64,000 nt of DNA from Eukaryota sp. TZLM1-RC (Eukaryota; Protista; Metamonada: BaSk clade): the NCBI GenBank assembly GCA_040285825.1, contig JAUPSS010000011.1, positions 1,143,798 through 1,207,797 on the forward strand, given 5' to 3'. Shown piece by piece: positions 35,037 through 49,789 of this stretch. The position numbers and the translations under genes were made by a program. Position 1 is the first letter of the stretch. Each line of letters begins with the position of its first letter. The notes beneath the pieces are model-generated. The model made no database searches. It saw only the letters and a list, made by a program, of their open reading frames with translations, and was not told the DNA's origin.

Positions 35037-38000
35037 TTATTCAATTTCACTGGCCCTTATAAAGGCCGTCACTAGTGAAGTCTACACTAGACTAATTGTC
35101 CACAGTACAACAAAAAGCACTGAATAGCAAGTCCAGAGTTATATCATTAACCAATCAGTCTATCTGTGTCAAATGTGGAGTTTTCACTTAAATTTGTTCC
35201 AGACGCCACCATCTTTCAGTACTTCTTAATGGTTACTAGAGCACTAGCGCCTTCAGCGGTAATTATCTTCCTCTGAAGATAGGTAATTATTGCACCAGAT
35301 TATCGAGACACTTCAATAGAGGATGTGATTCATTCATAGACATTTCATCATACCGGAGTTTCTAATCAAAAAGAAAATTGTTCATGCCATCACTGAAAGC
35401 CCTATTGAATCAATATGTTGCCTTCGAAATGCCATCTCCAGCAAACTTAGGACTTGAACACGCCCGATAAAGAATTTTTGATAAGTCTTGGGTGATTCAA
35501 TTAAGTGTCGCAGTTCAATAAAGATTTTATGTTGTTGTTAATCATAACTGATGTGATTACAATTACGGTCATCCATTATTGTCAAATAAATCTTCAAAGT
35601 TATTGAGCAATAGGGAGAACAATTATGTTTCCAACCCCGAAATTAGGCCATCCATACTTCAAAATGGCAAATAAACCAAGAAGAGTCAGCGCCAAGGAAT
35701 CTGGGTGAAATCCTAATGAGGATTTCCTCATTTTCCACCACATCTTCTATTTCTTCATCTGTATCTTCCAAGGTGTCTGCTTCAACTTCCAAAACAGCAG
35801 TTCTAGTTCATTCAAAGTACTTTCTCCATGGTACACTATTCTTTCTCGCTGCTTAATCTAGATCTTTCTTTAGTGCACACGACCTTGAAATCGGACCAGT
35901 TTCTTTCTGGAGACATGCTTCCATGTTCTCATCTACTTTCCTCCAACCAGCAGTAATCATGTTAAAGGCCTTTTCTTGCAATTTTGCCATGCAATGAGTA
36001 CCCAGCCTGAAAATTCATCCTTGACAACACTGGCCCTTACGACAAGGACAACATCTCTAGGTAAGGCACCACTACGCAATTGCTGTAGAGTCTGATCGCA
36101 GCAATAGTTTCCAAACAGTTCATTTGGGATATCCTTGAATGGTTTGTTGAACTTACTTATGGTTAGTTTACTTGCAACTAAATGGTTTTTAATTTTGGCA
36201 AACTTCATTAGAAAATTATGACTTAATAACAACAGAAAGTCCAAGACACGTTTGAATTGTTAGTAACTACCATACTTGATGTGGAATTTCACAAGAAATT
36301 CCAATGTATATTTCCTGGAATAAAATACGTGTCTGGATGCATTATTTTCCTCTGGAAAAACAAATTATGGTGTTATATCGTCAACTATGCCACCAATTTG
36401 AAAAACACGCACGCGATAGTGCAAGTGTAAATTGTTGTAATTGACCAGAAGCATGTAATAAAAGTTCCTTTTAACAATTCAATGATTTTCTTATTCAATC
36501 TATGGAAAAATTGTACATTGATTTTAATAAACTGGAAGAAATTAGTTTAAACAAATTACTCGAAATGTGCAACAACAATTTAACAACAATTAATGGAGTT
36601 AATTTCAGAGAGTTAGATTGTAAAAACAATCCATTTCATTTTATGAGGTTTATAATTTTCAACAATTAGTTTTTGCATCATATGTAAAAGTGTGGTGAAA
36701 ATTTCACACAATATGATTTTTTCCATACGTTTTGCGAAAAATCTAATTAATAAACCTCTATAAAAAACTCTCTTTGTTTTTGATTCATTATTTATAAAAA
36801 AATCATTTTTAATAATCACATTGTCTTTTATACCAAATTTTTACCAATTCAATAAAATCATCTCTATCTATTTCTCCATTATAATTTTTTTATATAATCT
36901 ACTACATAGTGTATATTCTCATCAATTAAATTAATATTTAGTTTGTCTTTTATATGATTACCAATTTTAGTAAGAAATGAAATTGGTTTTGTATTTTCTT
37001 TCAACAAAGTTTCAAATCCAGTTGATGCAACTTTTCTCACCCAAGATTTACTATAAGTTTGTGGGGGTTCAATAGTAAGTTGTAAAATAGCTTCAGGAAA
37101 ATATTTTGCTTTGAAATACAAAGATTCATATTTACAAATCCCACCATTATATTCATCGAGATATCTTTCTTCCAAATCTTTATTGATGCTAACAAAAGAA
37201 TTCTTTTCCTGGATCGGAAATCATCATGGTATTTATAAGTAAACAATTATAATAATAATCTCCAAAATCTATTTCGATTTGTTGTGGTTTGATATATTCT
37301 ACAGGAATTTTTCTTAATATATAATATAAATCATCTCCTTCATATAATGATTTTTTTCAATATTTTTGTGATAAATTCATCATCACAAATTGAAACATCA
37401 ACCAATTTAAAATATTCTAAATCTTCGAGAACAATATCTTGTAGTTTTTTTAATTGGGTTTTCCATTTTTAATAAAATCATTTTTATATCGTAAAATTTT
37501 CAATTTTTGTTTTATATCTAATTACATTCGTCTATTTTTCCATCCATCTCTAAATTTATAAAAAGTGTGCACAATTATTACTTCAATATTTTTAAACTTG
37601 AAATCTTTTAGGACTATATGATATTGTTTTTAATTTAGAGTAATGTAACTCAAATACTATTCGAAATTGTTCCAAAAATTTAAAATTGGTAATCAAATCT
37701 AAAATATCATTTGTTTCATCTATTCTTAAAATTGGTTTGTTGGAAAAATATGAGCGATAATAATCATCAAATTTTACAATTAATTTTTTAATCATATAAT
37801 GTGTATTGTCTCTTATAAACCATTTAACCATAAACATTGGTGGTACCACAGATGGTGCATGTCTCACAAATAATTCCCTAAAATGCTGATTACTGTTATC
37901 TAACGCCGAAAAAGAAGATAAAAAAATATGAAGAACCTTTGGCACAATTAGGTAGAGTGGAACATGTGAAATATCAGTTTGTGCCGTTTGCAATTTCTCT

Positions 38001-39020
38001 TTTTGGCAATATTGGACCTTCAGGGTTGCACTTTTTGAAAATTTTAAAAAAGTATTACTGAATAGTTTGTTTGGAATTGTGTTAAATTCCAGGAACTTCA
38101 CCAGTGAGATCGTGAAAGATTGTGAGAGATTGTAAAACTAATGAAACTTTTTGTAAAGTTTCATTAAAAATATACTTTAAAACTAATGAAAGGAATTACT
38201 GTCGTAACACAACTCAGACATTATGTAAACAATGAATTTTACATGTTTGACATTAAGAGATATCCTTTTTGATCAGGTTTTCTACTAGCTTTTATTTCAA
38301 GAATGTCTCGTTCTCCACAACTAGGACGTTTCTACTCAAACCATCAAGGTGACTTCAGGACCAAAAAAACCCGTAAATTTGTGACATCAGAAATGCCAGG
38401 ATTTCACCTAGAAGACAAAATCAAAATCAAACTGTATTCTAAAACTATGAGAGATGCACCAGAACGTCTGAACAAAATGATTTTATGTAAAGAAGATACA
38501 ACAGATGCAGTTCACTTTAAATGTCGTCAACTGAGTGCCTTTCCATGGAAGGTAGAACACCATAAAGCATCAGCAAGCAGAACTACAGAGGAAGTGGTCG
38601 AGCTATGGGAACCTAGCTATCAAGAAGTTAGGTTTGTTGAGGATCATGAAGAGGTGTTAAGTGTTGGAGAAAAAGGAAAGATCATTGAAGAATATGACTC
38701 TGAACTAGAAGAACAGTCTTTTGAAGAAGCAGCTGGTATTTCTTGAAAACCATTCTCATCAGTGATTTTGACTGTATTATGATGCTTAATAGAACAAATG
38801 ACATGGAATTTTTAGTATAAAGGATCATGGATTGAGTCTATTTTTTGATGGTTACTGAAGCAATTATTTTATAAAAAGTAATTGAGGGAATGCTTTTCAT
38901 TATCTTTTGATATATAATTTTTGAACACAAATGGTCTTTTTAAAAATCTTCATAGATATTGAGACTTTTTCTCTAGTAATCAAGAGAGAAACAATAATAT
39001 AATAAAAAAATAAATAAATA
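35037..39020. repeat. Segmental duplicate of about 19951-23925 (decayed LRR, decayed ORF, virus-like block at 36613-37899, family B piece, orphan ORF)
   Basis: Co-linear and near-identical, offset about 15.09 kb. Confidence 0.92.
38303..38746 (+). CDS. Hypothetical 147-aa protein with an acidic tail (the only intact copy of three)
   Basis: ATG-to-TGA ORF; no recognisable domain. Confidence 0.55.
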   Translation: MSRSPQLGRFYSNHQGDFRTKKTRKFVTSEMPGFHLEDKIKIKLYSKTMRDAPERLNKMILCKEDTTDAVHFKCRQLSAFPWKVEHHKASASRTTEEVVELWEPSYQEVRFVEDHEEVLSVGEKGKIIEEYDSELEEQSFEEAAGIS

Positions 39021-39024
39021 ATAG

Positions 39025-40440
39025 AAAAAAAGTTAAATCGATTCTGTCAGGTATTTTGGAAAAAATCGAAGAGCAACTTTTGGTTATTCAAGATTTAAAA
39101 ATTGACAAACATTTAGCGTTTTCGGTCCTAAATGTGTGTTTTGGATCAAAAATTAATCATCTTCTTCGTTCTTTATCTCCCACAATTTCTCATGATTTTG
39201 CACGTCAATTCAATTCTTTGAGAACAAATTTCTTAGGAAATTTAGTAGAAGTTTGTCCATCTAAAATTCCTTATCATGCATTTTTTAGTCCTAAATTTGG
39301 TGAAGTTGGTTTTTCAAAAGCAGAGTATTTATGCAAAAGTGCTTTTATTGGTGGTATGAAAAATTTTTCTTTTTGAATGGAAACATCGTTTTGAACATAT
39401 TCCTTTAAATGAATCACATCCTTTATTAATTTCTCTTGAAAAAATGGTGCAAGAACTACCTGTTGATGTTTGGAATAGGAGTTTTCCTTCAAGTTTGCCT
39501 GCTGTGCCTTCGAGATCTTTCACCAATCTTCATCTTGCTGTTGTGAAATTACAGAAGTCTGTTCTTATTGGTTTTGAAGACCTGGATTTTTCTAAACGAC
39601 TTAGTGTGACTAAGATTAATAATCCCGTCTTTGCTGCCTTTTTATCAGACATTCAGAACTGTACTAGTTTAATATCTCAGCAACCAAGGCCATTTGGTCT
39701 TCACTTAACAAATGAAGCTTGGAAACAAAAACATGCGGTTGAGATTAGGGATGTATCCAATTGGTCTTTTGGATAATTCTTATTGTATTTGTAACAAAAA
39801 ACCTACAGCCAATTTCCGTCATATTGTGAGCTGTAGAAAATTTCTCCAATATAGGTCAGTTCTTCATAATGCCATTCGTGATGTGACATATGAAATGTTT
39901 AAGTGTTGCAATTTTAGTTGCAAAGTAGAACCTTTGTTGAAGCATTATAGTGATGATAATCTATTTAATTCATGTCGAGGTGATTCAATTGCTCCTTTTG
40001 TAGAGTCCTCCCATGTTGTTGTTGATTTCACTACAGTTGATCCCTTTGCTTTGGTTTATCGTGATGAAGTTTTACTTAGTACTAATGGTCATTTAAACAA
40101 GGCTGAAAATCGTAAGAGAGATAAATATACTGATATATTAAATGATTTAAATAAGAACCTTTATTCAAAGTTTTCGTTTGTTCTTTTTGCCTTTTCGATT
40201 TTTGGCAACATTGGACAATCTGACTTGAATTTCATCAATGATTTTTGGTAATTTATGTCGTTCAAGTGGTAAGAATTTTGCAGAAAATTTATGGAAAAAT
40301 CGTATCATTTTCGCTTTGTACAGAAGTGTTCCCAAGTACTTGAGTTTAATGATGTCCAAACTTTATAAGGATTCATCAAGAGTTGGCGTGGAGAATTTAG
40401 TTTCTTATGTGTTTTAGTTTTTTTATTTGATTCTTCGTAG
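39025..40440 (+). mobile_element. Family A copy 5'-truncated at KVKSILSG
   Basis: ORF pieces start at 39056, 39444 and 39712; follows an A-rich tract. Confidence 0.88.
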
Positions 40441-41259
40441 AAAATGATAAAATAATAATAATAGAAAAAGACAGAAAATAAAAATTTCTTTTTACAAAAA
40501 AATAGGAAAGGACAAATTTTTAATGAATGTATATAATCAAATAAATTCGAGATAACCACAACACAAGTTAATGGTTCTGGAGATGATTAATCGTATCTTC
40601 ATCACAATAAACTATTTCATTAACCAAATAATCAAATACATACACATATAAAAATGGCTTTGGAAAATCAAATAAAAGCAAAATAAATTAAGGGTAATAG
40701 ATTCATAGTTCACACATTTTTAGAGAATGCAAATATGATGGATTTTGTACAATTCATTGTATCACATGATTAATTTAGAGGTAACTGAACGGTTTTACAA
40801 GCTCAGTACTTCAGAGATGAGCTCAGAGTTGATTTCAAATCATCTCTATGATTCAAGAAATATTGTTTGGTTATTGTGATTGATAAACTTATTTTACAAT
40901 TTTTGCATCGTATTATTGTCTTTGTACATATTATCCTCAAATTATAAAAATTAAATAAAAAAATAATATGAAAATTAATAAATGATATAAAAGCTAATTA
41001 TAATCCTCATCCTTCAAATGCTGTTACAGTTGACACTAAAATTTCTGCCGATACTATTTACCAAGGATCATGATGTAGATATATTAGTTGTTTCACTTTC
41101 AACCAAAGTTTTCCAGATTTATCAAAGGTCACCCACTCGATTGTTGGCACAATGACTTTCAACTACTTGTGACTCTTGACACCAAGGAGTTGAAACCTAT
41201 TTCAAGATACCTTGAAACTTTATTGAAAATTTTACAGTTCTCAACTGTGTGTGTTTGTT

Positions 41260-41746
41260 ATGAACAAATCACTCGTTACTGAGTACCGCTCCCTACAATC
41301 AAACCAACAGTTCTTCACAGTTTCTCTTGTTGATAACAACATCTACCTTTGGAGAGTTGTGATCAAGACCTGTTGCTTTGATTCGAGTTCACCACTGTAT
41401 CAACATCTGTCATCAACTGGTACTCAAGGTGTGCTTCTAGAGCTTAAGTTTATTCAGTCCTACACATCAGTCACTCGATCCCCGCCCTGGTGTCGTATCA
41501 TTTCTCCAAAGCTATCTGGTGGAGGCATTTACCAAGGATCTGTTTGGTGGGAATGATTTTATGACACAAACAGAACAGTGGAATACAACATGGAAAAACT
41601 TACTGGTTGAGTTTGCTCATGTGTTGAGTGTTGAGTGGAGAGCAACTTTCAATGGTATGGCAGAATGGTCAGTGCAAGAAGCCAAGAAAGGAGAACAGTT
41701 CATACTTGGTGCTCACACAGACTGGAAACAAACAGCCTTTGTGTAG
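41260..41746 (+). pseudogene. UBE2Q-like E2, full span (~161 codons) but with Cys>Trp and a TGA at the active site
   Basis: MNKSLVTEYRSLQ...GSVWWE*; native C-terminus ...VEWRATFNGMAEWSVQEAKKGEQFILGAHTDWKQTAFV*. Confidence 0.75.
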
Positions 41747-42354
41747 TGTTAATACAGGAAGTTGGGATAAGGTTTTTGTTTCATCAAATATGTTATTGAC
41801 TAATAATGCGAGTAGTGAGTCTGCCATTGATGAAATGTCACAAACTTACTCAATTTGTGAAAAGTAACTTTGAAGGCTTGTCGAATCAACTTATGCTCTA
41901 AGATTCTTTATGTGCAATTTTACATTACACGTCTACAACCTGGTGGTTGAGGTGTATTTAAAATTTCGTCAATAGTAAAATCAATCGATTATTTTTGGAG
42001 CTGCAAGGTAGCGTTGGTGACAACTAGAAAGTTGTTTAGATAGATTTGCCAACTTGTTTTTCTTAATGTGGATGAACCAAATTTGAAGAGAAATCTTGCT
42101 AGATTACACAATTTTCAAAACACAGTTTGCTACACAGTTTGAAATACAGTGTGAGTCATTAAATGATGACTTGACAACAATAAAAGAAATATCGTGTAAT
42201 TGGTCAACACAGTGGTGATCACATGTCCTGGTTGAATCAAATTGTTTAGGCATATTGGTATTTCATTGTTTTCAATAGCCTTGTATGAATTGTTGCTTTT
42301 CGTTTCACATAGTAATATAGAATAACTGATATCTTAATACCGTGTTAATAGGGC

Positions 42355-43215
42355 TTTCTGATGAAAAGTATATTGAGTATTTAATCAACAACAACTTTGT
42401 TTTGCAAACTTTTTGATTGATCTTGAAGACAGTTGCTCAAGTTGCCTAATCTCCCAAATTCCCAACATTTATGGCATTCTTCTTAATGATCACCAATGGA
42501 CCACTGCAATGAGAATGAGATGTTTTCTATGGCCTTGTTCATTACCAAATGATTTAATTTGTCGCTGCAAGAGTGTTGTTACGCTTTCCCATATTTTAAA
42601 CTGTAGGTATTTTATAACTTATCGCTCAATTGTTCATGACTCAGTTCGTGATCAATTATATGCCATGTGCAAAAGTTTCAATATAGAGGCATTTATTGAG
42701 CCACTAGTACGTAAGCTGTCTTCAGATCAAACTGATGATCCCTTGGGTAAAAGGAGGGCAGATTGAGTAGCTCCAGGGATCGATGGTGTTCTCAATGTTG
42801 TAGATGTTGTCTCAGTTGATGTTTGCAAAAATTCTGCTGCTCGTTTAGTGTATTCCGCCCATTCGCCGCTGTCTAACGCCGAAAAAGAAGATAAAAAAAT
42901 ATGAAGAACCTTTGGCACAATTAGGTAGAGTGGAACATGTGAAATATCAGTTTGTGCCGTTTGCAATTTCTCATTTTTGGCAATATTGGACCTTTCAGGG
43001 TTGCACTTTTTGAAAATTTTAAAAAAGTGTTACTGAATAGGTCTGGTAAAACAATGAACTCCACTTTCTGGTTAAATAGAATTGTTTTTTTGCTTTTTCA
43101 AGTCTATTCCAACAATGATGTCAAAGGCACTTTTAGCTATTGGTGTAGAATATGAACGTCATGCTGTGAGTAGGTTCAGTAATAGTGACGCTTGTTTGGA
43201 GGATCTTGAATTCAA
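42355..43215 (+). mobile_element. Family B CCHC-RLE fragment
   Basis: ORFs start at 42413, 42952 and 43082. Confidence 0.85.
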
Positions 43216-43387
43216 GATGGGTTTTTTTATCTCAATATATATTCCAGTTTTAAAAAAATCAACAACAAATTATCAAAAAGCATTCCTGGCAATTGTTTGG
43301 ATCAATCCAGACAATCTAAATGACTTCACATTCCAAATATTGAATGAATTGACTTTGTGTAGTTCGTGAAGAGGGTGATGGGTAAAT

Positions 43388-44410
43388 ATCCTTTTCATGT
43401 ATGAAAAAAATTTACTGTTTGAGTGACAACTTCGTTTTGATCATATTCCTTTGAATGAATCACATCCTTCATTAATTTTTCCTGAATACATAGTGCAGGA
43501 ACTACCTGTTGATGTGTGGAATAGGAGTATTCCTTCATGTTTGCCTTCTGTACCTTCGAGATCTTTTACCAATGTTCATCTTGCTGTTGTGAAAATACAG
43601 AAGTCTGTTCTAATGGGTTTTGAAGACCTAGATTTTTTGAACGACTTAGTATGACTATGATTAATAATCCGTCTTTGCTGCCTTTTTATCAGACATTCAG
43701 AACTGTACTAGTTTAATATCTCAGCAACCAAGGCCATTTGGTCTTCGCTTAACAAATGAAGCATGGAAACAAAACATGCGGTTGAGATTAGGGATGTATC
43801 CAAGTGGTCTTTTGGATAATTCTTATTGCATTTGTAACAAAAACCTACTGCCAATTTCCGTCATATTGTGAGCTGTAGAAAATTTCTCCAATATAGGTCA
43901 GGTCATTTCTTCATAATGCAGTTTGTGATGTGGCATATGAGATGTTTAAGTGTTACAATTTTAGGTGCAAAGTAGAACCGTTGTTGAAGCATTATAGCGA
44001 TAATAATCTATTTAATTCATGTCGGGGTGATTCAATTGCTCCTTTTCTGGAGTCCTCCCAAGTTGTTGTTGATTTCACTACAGTTGAAACCTTCGCTTTT
44101 ATTTATCGTGATGATGTTTTTACCTAGTGCTAATGGTCATTTAAAACAAGGCTGAAGATCGTAAAAAGGATAAATATACTGAGATATTAAATGATTTAAA
44201 TAAGAATCATTACTCAAAGTTTTTCGTTTGTTCCATTTGCCTTTTCTATTTTTGTCAACATTGGACAGTTCGCCTTGCATTTTATCAATGATTTTGGAAA
44301 TTTGTGTCGTTCAAGTGGTAACAATTTTTCGCTGTGTACAGAAGCGCTCCCAAATAATTTTGTTTCATTTTGTGCTTTAGTTTGATTTGATTCTGGGTAG
44401 AAAATCAATA
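43388..44410 (+). mobile_element. Diverged family A 3' fragment
   Basis: ORFs start at 43451 and 43930; co-linear with 28130-29150. Confidence 0.85.
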
Positions 44411-44432
44411 TTGTTGTTAAAAAAATACAGCA

Positions 44433-47400
44433 ATTTCTCACAAAAGGAAATTTTTTGCGAATAACATGCAAAAATCAAGATCCACAAATACCGAAAATGC
44501 CCAATCTTCAGAATCACCCTCACTGATCAAGCACCATGCAGTCAGACCCGGAAATGGGAAAAGGAAATGCTGGCTCCTACTTTGGGGTTCCCACTTTGAT
44601 TTAGTGAGAAAGATTGGTAAAACTGTTCAACAGCGCTATTATGAAATTGGTCTTTCATTAGACATTTCTAAATGTTTATTGATTGGTAGAGACTCCATGA
44701 TTGGGTGAGTTGCATGTAGTTTTTTTATGTACCAGAAGTGACCAATTTGTGATCAAACTGTTTGTGAGATTGTGAGTGAGTAATGTTAGCTATGTGTTGC
44801 TTAGTTGTTCCAAACTTATGATTACATTTTTCAATTGATTTTGTATATATTTAAATTAATTGAGTTCATTAATTTTTATAAACATTAAATGGTTAATAAA
44901 TCCAAAAAAATCCAAAAGTTTGCAATTGAATGTTGAAACTCAATAAAACGTTTTTGTAAGCGTAAGAGTATCGTTTTTGATACGCGTTACTCTTATTTAA
45001 AATTAAGATGAAAATATTTGAGCACTTCAAAAACTACCAACATATCGATCATTTCTGTTTTTTTGGAAGTATATAATTCAAAGCACTGTGGCATTTAAAG
45101 TTATTCTTCAAAATAATACAACTAATTTCTGCCGTTACCTCATTCCATCCAAATTGGTAAAAAAGGTATCTCTGTTCTAGTGTTAAAAATCTATGGACAC
45201 TCAAAAAGCGGGGGCAACACTTTGGTTAATTAAATTTAAGTCTTTTAAATTGAATATTTCGAAATTTGATCAGAAACAGCTTCTATTCGCCTTTTTTATT
45301 TATCGCGATGATGTTTTACTTAGTACTAATGGTCATTTTAAACAAGGCTGAAGATCGTAAAAATGGATAAATATACTGAGATATTAAGTGATTTAAATAA
45401 GAATCATTACTCAAAGTTTTCGTTTGTTTCATTTGCCGTTTCAATTTTGTCAACATTGGACAGTTGGCCTTGCATTTTTATCAATGATTTTCGTAATTTG
45501 TGTCGTTCAAGTGGTAACAATTTTCGCTGTGTACAGAAGCGCTCCCAAATAATTTTGTTTCATTTGTGCTTTAGTTTGATTTGATTCTGGTAGAAAATCA
45601 ATATTGTTGTTAAAAATACAGCAATTTCTCACAAAAGGAAATTTTTGCGAATAATATGCAAAATCAAGATCCACAAATACCGAAAATGCCCAATCTTCAG
45701 AATCACCCTCACTGATCAAGCACCATGCAGTCGGACCCGGAAAGTGGGAAAGGAAATGCTGGCTCCCTACTTTGGGGTTCCCACTTTGATTTAGTGAGAA
45801 AGATTGGTAAAACTGTTCAACAGCGCTATTATGAAATTGGTCTTTCATTAAACATTTCTAAATGTTTACTGATTGGTAGAGACCCCATGATTGGGTGAGT
45901 TGCATGTAGTTTTTTATGTACCAGATGTGACCAATTTGTGATCAAACTGTTTGTGAGATTGTGAGTGAGTAATGTTAGCTATGTGTTGCTTAGTCGTTCC
46001 AAACTTATGATTACATTTTCAATTGATTTTGTATATATTTAAATTAACTGAGTTCATTAATTTTTTATAAACATTAAATGGTTAATAAATGCAAAATCCA
46101 AAAGTTTGCAATTGAATGTTGAAAACTCAATAAAACGTTTTTGTAAGCGTAAGAGTATCGTTTTTTTGATACGCGTTACTCTTTATTTAAAAATTAAGAA
46201 GAAAATATTTGAGAACTAAAAAAACTACCAACATATCGATCTTTTCTGTTTTTTGGAAGTATATAATTCAAAAGCACTGTGGTATTTAATGTTATTTTCA
46301 AAATAATACAACTAATTTCTGCCGTTACCTCATTCCATCCAAATTGGTAAAAAGGCATCTCTGTTCTAGTGTTAAAAAAATCTATGGACACTCAAAAGCG
46401 GGGCAACACTTTGGTTAATTAAATTTAAGTCTTTTAAATTGAATATTTCGAAATTTGATCAGAAACAGCTTCTATTCGCCTTTTTTTTATTTATCGCGAT
46501 GATGTTTTACTTAGTACTAATGGTCATTTTAAAACAAGGCTGAAGATCGTAAAATGGATAAATATACTGAGATATTAAGTGATTTAAATAAGAATCATTA
46601 CTCAAAGTTTTTCGTTTGTTCTCATTTGCCTTTTCTGATTTTTGTCAACATTGGACAGTTCGCCTTGCATTTTACTCAATGATTTTCGTAATTTGTGTCG
46701 TTCAAGTGGTGAGAAGTTTGCAGGAATTTATGGAAGATTCGCATCATTTTTCGCTTTGTACAGAAGCTCCCAAATAATTTTGTTTCATTTGTGCTTTAGT
46801 TTGATTTTGATTCTGGGTAGAAAAATCAATATTGTTGTTAAAAATACAGCAACAATTTCTCACAAAAGGAAATTTTTTTGCGAATAACATGCAAAATCAA
46901 GATCCACAAATACCGAAAAATGCCCAATCTTCAGAATCACCCTCACTGATCAAGCACCATGCAGTCAGACCCGGAAAGTGGGAAAGGAAATGCTGGCTCC
47001 CACTTTGGGGTTCCCACTTTGATTTAGTGAGAAAGATTGGTAAAACTGTTCAACAGCGCTATTATGAAATTGGTCTTTCATTAAACATTTCTAAATGTTT
47101 ACTGATTGGTAGAGACTCCATGATTGGGTGAGTTGCATGTAGTTTTTTTATGTACCAGATGTGACCAATTTGTGATCAAACTGTTTGTGAGATTGTGAGT
47201 GAGTAATGTTAGCTATGTGTTGCTTAGTCGTTCCAAACTTATGATTACATTTTCAATTGATTTTTGTATATATTTAAATTAATTGAGTTCATTAATTTTT
47301 ATAAACATTAAATGGTTAATAAATCCAAAATCCAAAAAGTTTGCAATTGAATGTTGAAAACTCAATAAAACGTTTTTTTGTAAGCGTAAGAGTATCGTTT

Positions 47401-49620
47401 TTGATACGCGTTACTCTTATTTAAAATTAAGATGAAAATATTTGAGCACTAAAAACTACCAACATATCGATCTTTTCTGTTTTTTTGGAAGTATATAATT
47501 CAAAGCACTGTGGCATTTAAATTTATTCTTCAAAAATAATACAACTAATTTCTACCGTTACCCCATTCCATCCAAATTGGTAAAAAGGTATCTCTGTTCT
47601 GGTGTTAAAAAAATCTATGGACACTCAAAAAGCGGGGCAACACTTTGGTTAATTAAATTTAAGTCTTTTAAATTGAATATTTCGAAATTTTGATCAGAAA
47701 CAGCTTCTATTCGCTTTTTTATTTATCGCGATGATGTTTTTACTTAGTACTAATGGTCTTTTTAAACAAGGCTGAAGATCGTAAAATGGATAAATAACTG
47801 GGATATTAAATGATTTAAATAAGAATCTTTACTCAAAGTTTTCGTTTGTTCCTTTGCCTTTTTCGATTTTTTTGGCAACATTGGACAGTTCGCCTTGCAT
47901 TTTATCAATGATTTTCGTAATTTGTGTCGTTCAAGTGGTGAGAAGTTTGCAGGAATTTATGGAAGATTCGCATCATTTTTCGCTTTTGTACAGAAGCCCA
48001 AATAATTTTTGTTTCATTTGTGCTTTAGTTTGATTTGATTTGATTCTGCGTAGAAAATCAATATTGTTGTTAAAAATACAGCAACAATTTCTCACAAAAG
48101 GAAATTTTTTGCGAATAACATGCAAAAATCAAGATCCACAAATACCGAAAATGCCCAATCTTCAGAATCACCCTCACTGATCAAGCACCATGCAGTCAGA
48201 CCCGGAAAGTGGGAAAGGAAATGCTGGCTCCCACTTTGGGGTTCCCACTTTGATTTAGTGAGAAAGATTGGTAAAACTGTTCAACAGCGCTATTATGAAA
48301 TTGGTCTTTCATTAAACATTTCTAAATGTTTACTGATTGGTAGAGACTCCATGATTGGGTGAGTTGTATGTAGTTTTTTATGTACCAGATGTGACCAATT
48401 TGTGATCAAACTGTTTGTGAGATTGTGAGTGAGTAATGTTAGCTATGTGTTGCTTAGTCGTTCCAAACTTATGATTACATTTTCAATTGATTTTTGTATA
48501 TATTTAAATTAATTGAGTTCATTAATTTTTTTATAAACATTAAATGGTTATTAAATCCAAAAATCCAAAAAGTTTGCAATTGAATGTTGAAAAACTCAAT
48601 AAACGTTTTTGTAAGCGTAAGAGTATCGTTTTTTTGATACGCGTTACTCTTATTTTAAAAATTAAGAAGAAAAATATTTGAGCACTAAAAAAACTACCAA
48701 CATATCGATCTTTTTCTGTTTTTTTGGAAGTATATAATTCAAAGCACTGTGACATTTAAATTTATTCTTCAAAAATAATACAACTAATTTCTACTGTTAC
48801 CTCATTCCATCCAAATTGGTAAAAAGGTATCTCTGTTCTGGTGTTAAAAATCTATGGACACTCAAAAAGCGGGGCAACACTTTGGTTAATTAAATTTAAG
48901 TCTTTTAAATTGAATATTTCGAAATTTGATCAGAAACAGCTTCTATTCGCTTTTTTTATTTATCGCGATGATGTTTTTTACTTAGTACTAATGGTCTTTT
49001 AAACAAGGCTGAAGATCGTAAAAGAGATAAATAAACTGGGATATTAAATGATTTAAATAAGAATCTTTACTCAAAGTTTTTCGTTTGTTCTCTTTGCCTT
49101 TTCGATTTTTGGCAACATTGGACAGTTCGCCTTGGATTTTTATCAATGATTTTGGTAATTTGTGTCGTTCAAGTGGTGAGAAGTTTGCAGGGAATTTATG
49201 GAAGATTCGCATCATTTTCGCTTTGTACAGAAGCCCAAATAATTTTTGTTTCATATGTGCTTTAGTTTGATTTGATTTTGATTCTGCGTAGAAAAATCAA
49301 TATTGTTGTTAAAATCACAGTAACAATTTCTCACAAAAGGAAATTTTTGCGAATAACATGCAAAAATCAAGATCCACAAATACCGAAAATGCCCAATCTT
49401 CAGAATCACCCTCACTGATCAAGCACCATGCAGTCAGACCCGGAAAGTGGGAAAGGAAATGCTGGCTCCCACTTTGGGGTTCCCACTTTGATTTAGTGAG
49501 AAAGATTGGTAAAACTGTTCAACAGCGCTATTATGAAATTGGTCTTTCATTAAACATTTCTAACTGTTTATTGATTGGTAGAGACTCCATGATTGGGTGA
49601 GTTGCATGTAGTTTTTATGT
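44433..49620 (+). repeat. Second ~1.19-1.24-kb tandem array (4 units plus a partial unit) of the same unit as 11043-14845
   Basis: The hairpin module recurs at about 44433, 45624, 46855, 48087 and 49327. Confidence 0.9.
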
Positions 49621-49789
49621 AGTTATTATTTTTATAAAAAGTAATTGAGGGAATGCGTTTCATTATCTTTTGATATATTATTTTTGAACACAAATGGTTT
49701 TTTAAAAAATCTTCATAGATATTGAGACTTTGTCTCTAGTAATCAAGAGAGAAAAAAATAATATAATAAAAAAATAAATAAATAATAGA

